The notes beneath the pieces were generated by a model. The model saw only the letters and a list, made by a program, of their open reading frames with translations, was not told the origin of the DNA and did not search any database. Positions 1 to 10,560 of a stretch of DNA of 64,000 nt are shown here, piece after piece. Each line of letters opens with the position of its first letter. Position 1 is the first letter of the stretch. This DNA is from Octopus sinensis. Taxonomy: Eukaryota. The stretch is taken from assembly GCF_006345805.1 (NCBI RefSeq), contig NC_043019.1, positions 15,313,360-15,377,359 of the forward strand, in the 5' to 3' direction. Both the position numbers and the translations under genes were made by a program.

Positions 1-1
1 A

Positions 2-185
2 TTAAAATCTCTCCTGCAAAGTCTCAGGACTTCTGGAATGCACCTTGTCATAGTTAATTAGATTTCGTGCTTTATCCATAAGCGTGGGAGAGCAGGTGAT
101 GATAGAAGCAATAGGAAAGCACTGCTGCATCTTTTCCAAGAAAAATTCTTGAATCTTTAGCATGGTGGTCCAAGACTGCCAATTC
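2..185 (-). other. Candidate terminal coding exon or retroelement-derived coding relic (unidentified)
   Basis: On the minus strand a strong acceptor (TTCCATCTGTTTTGCAG, AG at 187-186) is followed by a non-low-complexity open frame, NWQSWTTMLKIQEFFLEKMQQCFPIASIITCSPTLMDKARNLINYDKVHSRSPETLQERF*, with the stop at 4-2. I recognise no protein family. Confidence 0.25.
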
Positions 186-220
186 CTGCAAAACAGATGG
201 AACAAGGAATCGTCTTTGCA

Positions 221-440
221 CATAATACTGGTTTCATGTTTTGGCACAAGGCCAGCAATTTCAGAAGGTGGAGAGGGAATAAGACAATTACATCGACCCC
301 AGTGCTCAACTGGTACTTATTTTATCAATCTCGAAAGGATGAAAGGCTAAGTCAACCTCGACGGAATTTGAACTCAGAACTTATGGACTGACGAAACACC
401 CGCTAAGCATTTTGCCCAGCATGCTAACGAAGTCTGTCAG
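221..440 (-). mobile_element. tRNA-derived SINE, family B (Meta-domain-like centre)
   Basis: Reverse complement of head GCTGGCAGA..GTTAGCA..GGGCAAAATGCTTAGC, B box GAGTTCAAATTCC, centre GCCTTTCATCCTTTCGAG..GATAAAATAAGTACCAGTTGAGCACTGGGGTCGATG, and tail GGCCTTGTGCCAAAA..GAAACC. About 20 further full or partial copies occur across the window. Confidence 0.85.
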
Positions 441-984
441 CCCCTCCGACCTAATTTTTGCACGTAATATCAAAACTTAATTTTCCCCTCCTTTCTTTCT
501 CCCTCCTTCTCTCTCTTCCTCTCTGCCTCTCTCTCTTTTTCTTGCTACTCTCTCACTATACCACACACCTCGTTGCACACACACACACACGTACAAATCG
601 AAACTTATTCAAAGTTTTTACTTTTTTTCCTGCATTTTATTATTACTCAAAAAATGCTGACCTAATTACACTAAGGTTTTCTTTTAATATTTGTATTTAC
701 ATTGTGCAAAAAATATATAAATTTATAGATATATATATATATATTATAAAAAAAAGAAAAAGATTTCTATAACCGAGAGGTGGTGGCGGTGGGGAAAGGG
801 GGTGGTGGTGGAATGAGGTGTTGATGGTGTTGATGGTGGTGATGATGATAGTGGTGGTGGTGGTGGTGGTGGTGGGGTGGGTATTTAGTATGTACAAACA
901 TGTCTGACAGCTTTCTGCCTTGTTGTGCAGTGTGACAGCTGACAAGCAATGGTGGTGGCTTCGGCTGAACCTGGGCAAGTATTT

Positions 985-1600
985 AGGAGAAGGAAGGAAA
1001 AGAAAGAGAAGAGAAGAAAAGAAAAGAAAAGAAAAGAAAGAAAAGAAAAGAGAGAAAAGAAGTGAGCAGAAAAGAAAGAGAAGAAAAGAAATAAAAGAAA
1101 AGAAGGGAAAGAGTGAAGAAAAGTGAGAAGAAAAGAAAGAAAAGAAAAGAAAAGAAAAGAGTGAAGAAAAGTGAGAAGAAAAGAGAAGAAAGAAAAGAGT
1201 GAAGAGAAGTGAGGAGAAAAGAAAGAGAAGAAAAGAAAAGAAATAAAAGAAAAGAGAGAAAAGAGAAGAGAAGAAAAGAAATAAAAGAAAAGAAGGGAAA
1301 GAGTGAAGAAAAGTGAGAAGAAAAGAAAAGAAAAGAAAAAAAAAGAAAAGAGTGAAGAGAAGTGAGGAGAAAAGAAAGAGAAGAAAAGAAAAGAAAAGAA
1401 ATAAAAGAAAAGAAATAAAAGAAAAGAGAGAAAAGAGAAGAGAAGAAAAGAAATAAAAGAAAAGAGAGAAAAGAAAGAAAATAAAAGAAAAGAAAGAAAG
1501 AAAAGAGTGAAAAGAAGGGAGGAGAAAAGAGAGAAGAGAAAGAACGAAGAGAAGAGAAGAGAAAGAGGGAGGGTGAGAGCAAGAGGGAGAGAGAGGTGTG
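985..1600. repeat. Polypurine (AAAAG/AAGAG)n low-complexity tract
   Basis: Almost pure A/G run. It generates the F/S/L-rich minus-strand pseudo-ORFs 697-1668, 885-1670 and 983-1582. Confidence 0.95.
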
Positions 1601-1777
1601 TGGGACTGAGTTTGTTGCAGTTGTTGTTGTTGTTTCTCTTCAAACTTTGCAGCAGACACCAAAAACACAAAAACTCTGATATTTCACTGGTTGTAAATAT
1701 TTATTTAGTTACATAAAACCCTTTCTTATCTTCCACCATTTTCTCATCTTAACACCAAGTGTGCACCTACAGGCTCG

Positions 1778-1792
1778 CTTTCTTTCCTACCT

Positions 1793-1824
<32 letters not shown>

Positions 1825-2350
1825 TCCTTCTTTCTTTCTTTCTTTCTTTCTTTCCTACCTTCCTTCTTTCTTTCTTTCTTTCTTTCTTTCCTTCTTTCTT
1901 TCTTTCTTTCTTTCCTACCTTCCTTCTTTCTTTCTTTCTTTCCTTCTTTCTTTCTTTCTTTCTTTCCTACCTTCCTTCTTTCTTTCTTTCTTTCCTTCTT
2001 TCCTTCTTTCTTTCCTACCTTCCTTCTTTCTTTCTTTCTTTCTTTCTTTCCTTCTTTCCTTCTTTCTTTCTTTCTTTCTTTCCTTCCTTCTTTCTTTCTT
2101 TCTTTCTTTCCTACCTTCCTTCTTTCTTTCTTTCTTTCTTTCCTTCTTTCCTTCTTTCTTTCCTACCTTCCTTCTTTCTTTCTTTCTTTCTTTTTCTCTT
2201 TCTTTCTCCTTTCTCTCTCCCTCTCCCCATCTTCCTTTTACTTCATTCCCTCCTTCTTTCTTTCCTTCTTTTCTTTTCTTTTCTTTCTTTCTGTTTCTCT
2301 TTCTTCCTTTCTTTCTTTCCTTCTTTTCTTTTTTTCCTTTCTTTCTTGTT
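1778..2350. repeat. Polypyrimidine (TTTC)n tract with interspersed TTCCTACC units
   Basis: Almost pure C/T run, and the source of pseudo-ORFs 1759-2379 and 1761-2384. Confidence 0.95.
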
Positions 2351-2438
2351 GCTGTTCTTCTTGTTGTTGCTCTTTCTAAGTTAAAAATAATGAAAGACTT
2401 TCATTCAAACAACAACTGGTAACTGGGTGGAAAAGAGA

Positions 2439-2474
<36 letters not shown>

Positions 2475-3030
2475 ATAAACTACCCATGGACGCCTACTGT
2501 AAGGAAAATTAACAGTAAAATATGCTCTAACATACTTTATGCACCGAGTCAAGAAAATGAAATTAATTAAAATCACATCTGCCCCTTCACACCACTCAAA
2601 AAACAAAATTAAAATATTATCTTAATTACAATCAGCAGTCAAGAAATATAGGGGAGACAATCAAGGAATTTAAGTTAATTAAAATTAATGAAATGTAATT
2701 AAAATTAGAATGTGCAGCTAACGAACGATCAGACGTCCTTGTTTCCATCTCCAGCCTGACGTGATACACACAGACACTTTGCATATACTGATAGGGTACA
2801 GGTAATGTGTCAATAGCCAGCTGTAGAAGATGTCTTCTTGGGGCTACAAGGTACAGTAGCATCGACCCTTAAGGGTTAGCCACATTTAAGTGGCAAATAT
2901 ACTTCACGATATATGTATATATGTATATATATGCACATATATATATAATATAGACAGATATACATACATCATCATCATCATCATCATATAAATTATATAT
3001 ATATATATATAATATATATATATATATAAA

Positions 3031-3235
3031 GTTAATCCAAACAAGAAAAACAAAAAAAACAGCAATGCGAGGACGTGGAACAAATAATGTATTATTGGAT
3101 GCTCAGGAAAAGGAAGAAGGAGGGTTTAATGTTTCGAGCGGAGCTCTTCGTCAGAAACATAGGAGAAGGAAAGATCCTGAGAAGGGAAGACAGAGGAAAA
3201 AAAAAATCGCAGTGGTACTCACGAGGTCAGACAGA
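3031..3235 (-). mobile_element. Penelope-like element terminal (pLTR) fragment, family 1
   Basis: Embedded in (TA)n, ends ..GTTTGGATTAAC on the minus strand and contains a hammerhead motif. A second copy lies at 63810-64000. Confidence 0.7.
3124..3158 (-). ncRNA. Minimal type I hammerhead ribozyme motif (stem III/cleavage site degenerate)
   Basis: Minus strand reads GTTT CTGACGA A GAGC-TCC-GCTC GAAA CATT AAAC. Core CUGANGA, stem II, GAAA and stem I (GTTT/AAAC) are present. Stem III reads ACAU instead of the palindromic ACGU, and the triplet is AUU. Confidence 0.7.
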
Positions 3236-3395
3236 TATACATATATATATACATACATATCTATATATAATATATATATTATATATATATTATATATATC
3301 ATATAATATATATATAATGTATATATAATATATATATATAATATATATATGGATATATACATATTACACATACATACATACATATACTATATATA

Positions 3396-3443
<48 letters not shown>

Positions 3444-3611
3444 ATGTATATAATATATATATATATATAGTATATATAATGTATAATACATTATATAATA
3501 CATACATAAATATATATATATATATATATCTATAATATATAATTATATTATTAATATATATTATATATATAATATAATATATATATATATATAGTATATA
3601 TACATATATAC

Positions 3612-3661
<50 letters not shown>

Positions 3662-3664
<3 letters not shown>

Positions 3665-3912
3665 GGCATATAAGCATCGACAGCTGGCAAGCCAAGCTAC
3701 TTCAGACTGATGAAGAGCAATGACTCTGAAACTTGTCTCTGGATGCTGGCTTTGCTGGGTGGAGGTGCTTATCTCCCTTGTTTGAAAACTTAAGGATACA
3801 GAACGCTTGTGTCACAAAGCCAACTGGAAACGATGTTTCCTGGGGCTAAATAGCAGTAACATTCTTCCCTTTCCTGGGACTGCAACATTAAGTTGGCAAA
3901 AACCATCACATT
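3662..3912 (+). mobile_element. Penelope-like terminal fragment or retrozyme-like unit, family 2
   Basis: About 250 bp of unique sequence between (CA)n and (TA)n, carrying a complete hammerhead motif with an extended stem I. Confidence 0.6.
3701..3743 (+). ncRNA. Minimal type I hammerhead ribozyme, intact core
   Basis: TTCAGA CTGATGA AGAG-CAATGA-CTCT GAAA C-TT-GTC TCTGGA. Stem I is TTCAGA/TCTGGA, core CUGAUGA, stem II AGAG/CTCT, then GAAA and stem III AC/GU. The GUC triplet predicts cleavage after C3737. Confidence 0.85.
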
Positions 3913-4115
3913 ATATTATATATATATATATATTATAATATATATATATATAGATATTATATATGACATCACAGGACATACATTAAAAAAAACGTTTGGG
4001 GATTTACATGGGGAGAGAAAAAAAAGAAACTGAACAAAAAATAAAACATGAAATATAAACATAGACAGGGTACAAGAGAAACAAGGAAAAGATAATGATG
4101 CAGCCCCCACTCCTG

Positions 4116-5580
4116 CCATGAAGGGTCCACTTTAGAAACCATGTAGGGCCCACTTTAGAAACCATGTAGGGCCCTCTTTAGAAACCATGTAGGGCCCACT
4201 TTAGAAACCATGTAGGGCCAATTTAGAAACCATGTAGGGCCCACTTTAGAAACCATGTAGGGCCCACTTTAGAAACCATGTATGGCCCACTTTAGAAACC
4301 ATGTAGGGCCCTCTAGAAAACCATGTATGGCCCACTTTAGAAACCATGTATGGCCCATTAGAAACCATGTAGGGCCCACTTTAGAAACCATGTACGCCCA
4401 CTTTAGAAACCATGTATGGCCCACTTTAGAAACCATGTAGGGCCCTCTTTAGAAACCATGTAGGGCCCACTTTAGAAACCATGTATGGCCCACTTTAGAA
4501 ACCATGTAGGGCCCACTTTAGAAACCATGTACGGCCCACTTTAGAAACCATGTAGGGCCCACTTTAGAAACCATGTAGGGCCCACTTTAGAAACCATGTA
4601 GGGCCCACTTTAGAAACCATGTAGGGCCCACTTTAGAAACCATGTAGGGCCCACTTTAGAAACCATGTAGGGCCCACTTTAGAAACCATGTAGGGCCCAC
4701 TTTAGAAACCATGTATGGACCACTTTAGAAACCATGTAGGGCCCACTTTAGAAACCATGTAGGGCCCACTTTAGAAACCATGTAGGGCCCACTTTAGAAA
4801 CCATGTAGGGCCCACTTTAGAAACCATGTAGGGCCCACTTTAGAAACCATGTAGGGCCCACTTTAGAAACCATGTAGGGCCCACTTTAGAAACCATGTAT
4901 GGACCACTTTAGAAACCATGTAGGGCCCTCTTTAGAAACCATGTAGGGCCCACTTTAGAAACCATGTAGGGCCCACTTTAGAAACCATGTAGGCCCACTT
5001 TAGAAACCATGTATGGCCCACTTTAGAAACCATGTAGGGCCCATTTTAGAAACCATGTAGGGCCCTCTTTAGAAACATGTAGGGCCCACTTAGAAACCAT
5101 GTAGGGCCCACTTTAGAAACCATGTAGGGCCCACTTTAGAAACCATGTAGGGCCCACGTTAGAAACCATGTAGGGCCCACTTTAGAAACCATGTAGGGCC
5201 CATTTTAGAAACCATGTATGGCCCACTTTAGAAACCATGTATGGCCCACTTTAGAACCATGTAGGGCCCACTTTAGAAACCATGTAGGGCCCACTTTAGA
5301 AACCATGTAGGGCCCTCTTTAGAAACCATGTAGGGCCCACGTTAGAAACCATGTAGGGCCCACTTTAGAAACCATGTAGGGCCCACTTTAGAAACCATGT
5401 AGGGCCCACTTTAGAAACCATGTAGGGCCCATTTTAGAAACCATGTAGGGCCCACGTTAGAAACCATGTAGAGCCCACTTTAGAAACCATGTAGGGCCCA
5501 CTTTAGAAACCATGTAGGGCCCACTTTAGAAACCATGTACGGCCCACTTTAGAAACCATGTAGGGCTCACTTTAGAAACC
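4116..5580. repeat. 23-bp minisatellite, ~63 copies (AGGGCCCACTTTAGAAACCATGT)
   Basis: Head-to-tail 23-mers with few substitutions and no spacers. Confidence 0.97.
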
Positions 5581-5849
5581 CAACACATCCAAGAGCATCC
5601 AAAATATCGAGAGTAAGTGCCCTTACCAAATGTTGTTCTCTGATTTACAGGTTTATGATTAGAAGGGTCTTATCTATTCCTGCTGTTTTGCCATCTGCCC
5701 CCAATCACTTTAACCCTATTTACTTGTTGAACTCATTAGACTGAGGCCATGCTGTGGCACCACCTTGAAGAATTCTGAGTTGAATGAATTGACCCCCAGG
5801 ACCATTTTTTTAAAGAGTGGTATTCTGCTATCATGAGATGGTGAGTACG

Positions 5850-6095
5850 ATTCCCGGGCTAGGCTGTGTGCTGTGTTCTTGAGCAAGACAATTTATGTTA
5901 TGTTGCTCCAGTTCACTCAGCCAAGCTGTATCGGTCTTGTCCTTTCCCTTGGATAACATTGGTGATATGGAGAGGAGAGGCCGGCATGCATGGGCGACTG
6001 CTGGTCTTCCATAAACAACCTTGCTCGGACTTGTGCTTCGGGGGATAACTTTCTAGGTGCAATCCCATGGTTATTCATGACCAAAGGGGGTCTTT
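5850..6095 (+). mobile_element. SINE family C (tRNA head, GTGTTCTTGAGCAAGACA motif)
   Basis: Shares GGGCGACTGCTGGTCTTCCATAAACAACCTTGC..GAACTTTCTAGGTGCAATCCCATGGT..ATGACC with partial copies at 40650-40860, 52790-52930, 56840-56990 and 63515-63625 (-). Confidence 0.7.
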
Positions 6096-7249
6096 TTGTC
6101 ATCCAGAAAATCGATACCTCAGTGATTGGTGTAATGTCACTCACAAACACACCCCACCCACTCACCCACGGGTGTGCTTTCTATCGTTTCTATAGCGGCC
6201 TTTGCTCCTTGGAGCCGCCTGGGATAATGCCGTTTCGTTTGTCTGTCCTCTTCCCATCACTTTTCGTTGTGTTCAGCCCCGACAAACCTCTCCAGCCAAC
6301 ACCACCATCTCATATTAATTTGTATGCCCTGAATGTCAACATTATCGCCCTGCGGGACTGAGCCAGAGTCGTTGGGGAGAGAGAGAGTGAGAGAGAGAGA
6401 GAGAGTGTGTGAACAGAGAGACGAGCGTGACGGATTGGAATGACTTATAGTAACAGATCGGAAGGGGACATAACTCTGACAGCTAACAGATTGCAGCACT
6501 AATTCAAGGGAGGTAAGTCTCCTCTTTCTTGAACTGTACGATATTTCTACGGCGTTATTTGACCGGGTAGAATTAGGAGAGAAAAAAAAATAATAATAAA
6601 AACCATTTTAGCCATGTTAGAAATCATCGTCGTCATCGTCATCGATGTCGTCGTTGTCATCATCATCATCATCATCATCACCACCACCACCACTCAAAGT
6701 CGTTAGCGGCTTTTCGTCCGTCTTTATGTTCTGAGTTCAAACACTGACAGTCACGACCGATTTTACCTTTCATCCTTTCGGAAATCGATAGTATAAGTAA
6801 CAGTTGAACACTGGAGTCGAAACAGCTGACCTTGTGCTAAAGCTTGCAAACAATATATATATAGTAGCTGTTTACCAATGGTGACGAAAGAATACATCGA
6901 AAGTTCTGCATCATATGTCGGGTTAACACTCTGGTTTAAAATAATACAATAGAATAAGAAGTTTCTAACTGAGACAATAAAAGATATTCGCCTACATCTC
7001 TCGTTCAGAATCGAATAAATCTATTTCGTTTAGATATGATTTACACAGCAAGGCTGACCAATATCAAACGAATAACGCAATTAAAAAAAAACGTTCTGGT
7101 TGAACAGTTATGGAATATTATGCAAATGGTTTTATGATATCAAATTAATTGGAAGTTGATTTTTTATGTAACAAAGGAAAATACAAAAATGATGGAGCGC
7201 TAAACTATGACCTTTGAAATTCCATTCTCTCCAGGTGATACTCGCGTGT

Positions 7250-7532
7250 GTGCTCTGGAGTCGGAGTCGGAAACAAATAGGGGGTAGCTGGAATCGGAGT
7301 CGATAAAACTATACTGACTCCAACTCCGACTCACAATATCTTTATTCCTTAATATAAACCAGTTATAACATATAGGCCTACTCAAAGTACAAGCGTATGC
7401 GTATGCTTTATGAGATATGTTGACCACAATCATTCAATTACATAAAGGGGAGTCGGGGGTCGGAGTCCGAGGTGCCAATAGCAGAAGAGTCGGAGTTGGA
7501 GTCGAAGTTTTTGGTTTCGACTCCACAGCCCT
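7250..7532. mobile_element. hAT-like non-autonomous DNA transposon relic with GGAGTC subterminal repeats
   Basis: Multiple GGAGTCGGAGTC / GACTCCGACTC motifs in both orientations. The right end TCGACTCCACAGCCCT resembles the CAGGGCTGTGGAGTCG-type terminus, and the left end is degenerate. Confidence 0.5.
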
Positions 7533-8263
7533 ACTTCTTTACTCTCTACTCTTTTACTTGTTTCAGACTGCGGCTATGCTGGAGCACCGCCTTTAGTCGA
7601 GCAAATCGACCCCAGGACTTATTCTTTGTGAGCCTAGTACTTATTCTATCAGTATCTTTTTGCCGAACCGCTAAGTTACGGGGACGTAAGCACACCAGCA
7701 TCGGTTCTCAAGCGATGTTGGGGCGACAAACACAGACACACAAACATACACACACACACACACACACCACACATACATATATGCGACAGGCTTCTTTCAG
7801 TTTCCGCCTACCAAATCAATTCATGTATTTTGAAACCAATATATTATCGTATCAAATCCGTATTAATTTTCTTTTTAATCGACCTCAATCAAGGGGGAAA
7901 ACATTCGATAATGATACACAAAAATACCTTTGATCTTAGGCTTGCTCACTCTAGGATGACCTGGGGTTAAACATAATCACCACAAAATGCGGCAACGAAT
8001 ATTTCTTGACTGGAGAAACCGTCACAAGACTGAGTTATTTCCCTTTGCTTATAAGAGATCGGAGCGAACGACGTCGCATTTGTTTGTCTTCGTCGTTAAT
8101 TGTTTGGCGCAGATGGGATTGTGTGGCTGAGAAGTTTGCTTTCCCGTGTGGTACTGCTAGATTACGATGACGTAAACAAACCGACAGCGGTTATCAAGCT
8201 TGGGGTGGGAAAACACAAGTACACGCGCGCGTGTGGGCATGTGTGTATGTATGTATGTATACC

Positions 8264-8670
8264 CTTTTACTCTTTTACGTGTTTCAGTCATTTGACTGCG
8301 GCCATGCTGGAGCACCGCCTTTAATCTAGCAAATCGACCCCGGGACTTATTCTTTTTGTAAGCCCAGTACTTATTCTATCAGTCTCTTTTTGCCGAACCG
8401 CTAAGTGACGGGGACGGAAACACACCAGCATCGGTTGTCAAGCAATGCTAGGGGAACAAACACAGACACACAAACATACACACATACATATATATATACA
8501 TATATACGACAGGCTTCTTTCAGTTTCCGTCTACCAAATGCACTCACAAGGCATTGGTCGGCCCGGGGCTATAGCAGAAGACACTTGCCCAAGATGCCAC
8601 GCAGTGGGACTGAACCCGGGACCATGTGGTTGGTTAGCAAGCTACTTACCACACAGCCTCTCCTGCACCT
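8264..8670 (-). mobile_element. tRNA-derived SINE, family A (CORE-like), full length
   Basis: A/B-box head (GGCTGTGTGGTAAG..GGTTCAGTCCC), CTTGGGCAAGTGTCTTCT, an internal microsatellite slot and tail ..GCATGGCCGCAGTCAAATGACTGAAAC. More than 20 full or partial copies occur in the window. Confidence 0.9.
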
Positions 8671-9334
8671 ATGTATGTATTATGTATGTATGTGTGTGTG
8701 TGTATGTATGTATGTGTGTATGTATGTATGTATGTATGTATGTATGTATGTATGTATGTATGTGTGCACGCGCGTATGTGTAGATTGCGTTCTTTACAGT
8801 TTTCAACAAAATTTACTCACAAGGCTTTAATCTCCTTAGGGTTACAGTAGCAGACACTTGTCCCAAAGAGCCGCACAGGTCCCTACTCTTAGAACTGCTG
8901 ACCTTGTGTCAAAATTTGAAACTATTTTCAAGCATTATTATTCTATAAATAGTCGGAAAAAAATCAGAAAAATAAAACAGTAAGATCGCCTACAGGATTC
9001 GAACGCCGCATCTGCTGCAAACCGTATAGCGGTGATAATCACTACAGTACTCTTCAATATAGTATTTCCTTTCTTAATAGAATGTTATCTAAAGGAAATT
9101 TGGTTGCTATTTCTAGCATCGTTTTGATGCCTCCCTTAATTGCAAAAGTAATCTCCCTTGGTACATTGGCGACGATGGCTTAAAACAGGGAAATTGACTC
9201 TTAATTTCTATGAAATCGGGCAAATCTTAAAATGACTGACAGAACTTTATGTTTATTATTTAATTAAGAACCTTACGTTAAAACTTCATTGAAAATTTTC
9301 AACATGTGTTTCGTCTGTATCCCTGTAAACTTCA

Positions 9335-9575
9335 AAACATATTCTGTTGTGTCTGGGGAGAGTCATTTTCTTTTTGTGCCTTGTAATTTAACACACTCAC
9401 CGGGAAAATTTCCACTTATTTCTTATTTTTATTTTCCTAAAATTTCCGTTGCGTCTTGCAACCTTTTCAATAGGAAAATAAAGATAAGAAATATGTGGAA
9501 ATTTTACTGGTGAGTGTGTTAAATTATAAGGCACAAAAAGAAAATGGCTCTCCCCAGACACAACAGAATATGTTT
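9335..9575. mobile_element. Fold-back (palindromic) MITE-like element, 105-bp arms
   Basis: 9335-9439 is the reverse complement of 9471-9575 with 6 mismatches. ORFs 9289-9513 (+) and 9397-9618 (-) translate to near-identical peptides. Confidence 0.85.
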
Positions 9576-10560
9576 CAACACACGAACTCACATAAAGAAT
9601 CTTACAAACCAAATCCAAAAACGAAATTCAAATCTATCCTTAACGCTAAATTATTGATCTGTCCTGAGGATGGAGATAGAGAAAATGGTTGTGGCCAAAT
9701 TGAAAAAAAAAAATTAGTCGTGAACAGTTGAGCAGGGTCCAACAGGAACTAAAATTATAAAATAAAAGTTATAAAATTATAAATAAAATTAGAAATTTAT
9801 GCATTCTTGTTCGATTCCACTGAAATAGTTAATTCTGGGACGCCTGTGTATATACATATACATGTATATACATATCCATGTATATACATGCAGTGGGACT
9901 GAACCTGGAACCATGTGGTTGGTAAGCAAGCTGCTTACCACACAGCCACTCCAGGATCCTTAGAAGATCATAGCACATCAAAGTGAAGTGCACCACAAAC
10001 TGGAAAGGCAGAATGACACAAAACCAACAGTTAAATAATCCTTTGTCATAGCACAGAATAAAGGGAAGCTCATTGTTGTTAGATAATCCACACCTCCAGT
10101 ATTATCCAGTGGCTGTGTGGTAAATAGCTTGCTTACCAACCACATGGTTCCGGGTTCAGTCCCACTGCGTGGCACCTTGGGCAAGTGTCTTCTACTATAA
10201 GCCTCGGGCCGACCAATGTCTTGTGAGTGGATTTGGTAGATGGAAACTGAAAGAAGCCCATCGTATATACATATGTGTGTGTGTGTGTGTGTGTATGTAT
10301 ATGCTAGTGTGCGTGTTTGTTCCCCCAACATCGCTTGATAACAGATGCTGGTGTGTTTACGTCCCCGTCACTTAGCGGTTTGGTAAGAGAGACTGATAGA
10401 ATAAGTAATAGGCTTATAAAGAATAAGTCCTGGTGTCAATTTGTTCGACTAAAGGCGGTGCTCCAGCATGGCCAGAGTCAAATGACTGAAACAAATAGAA
10501 GATTGTAAAAGAAAAGAAAGTGATGAATGAAACCCTAAGTTTGATGTAAACTCATACAAT

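Noticed and set aside
697-2384. Long F/S/L-rich ORFs (up to 323 aa) as membrane proteins
   Set aside because: They are translations of AAAAG and TTTC tracts, which lack stop codons by composition.
4116-5580. 23-bp repeats as a CRISPR array
   Set aside because: The repeats are directly adjacent with no unique spacers, there are no cas genes, and the context is eukaryotic.
5990-6361. 123-aa ORF as a gene
   Set aside because: The first third is SINE C sequence, and the remainder has no recognisable domain.
8985-9055. tRNA-like sequence on the minus strand (GTAGTGATTATCAC..GTTCGAATCC)
   Set aside because: A- and B-box-like words are present, but the acceptor and T stems do not pair. At most this is a decayed tRNA-derived SINE head.
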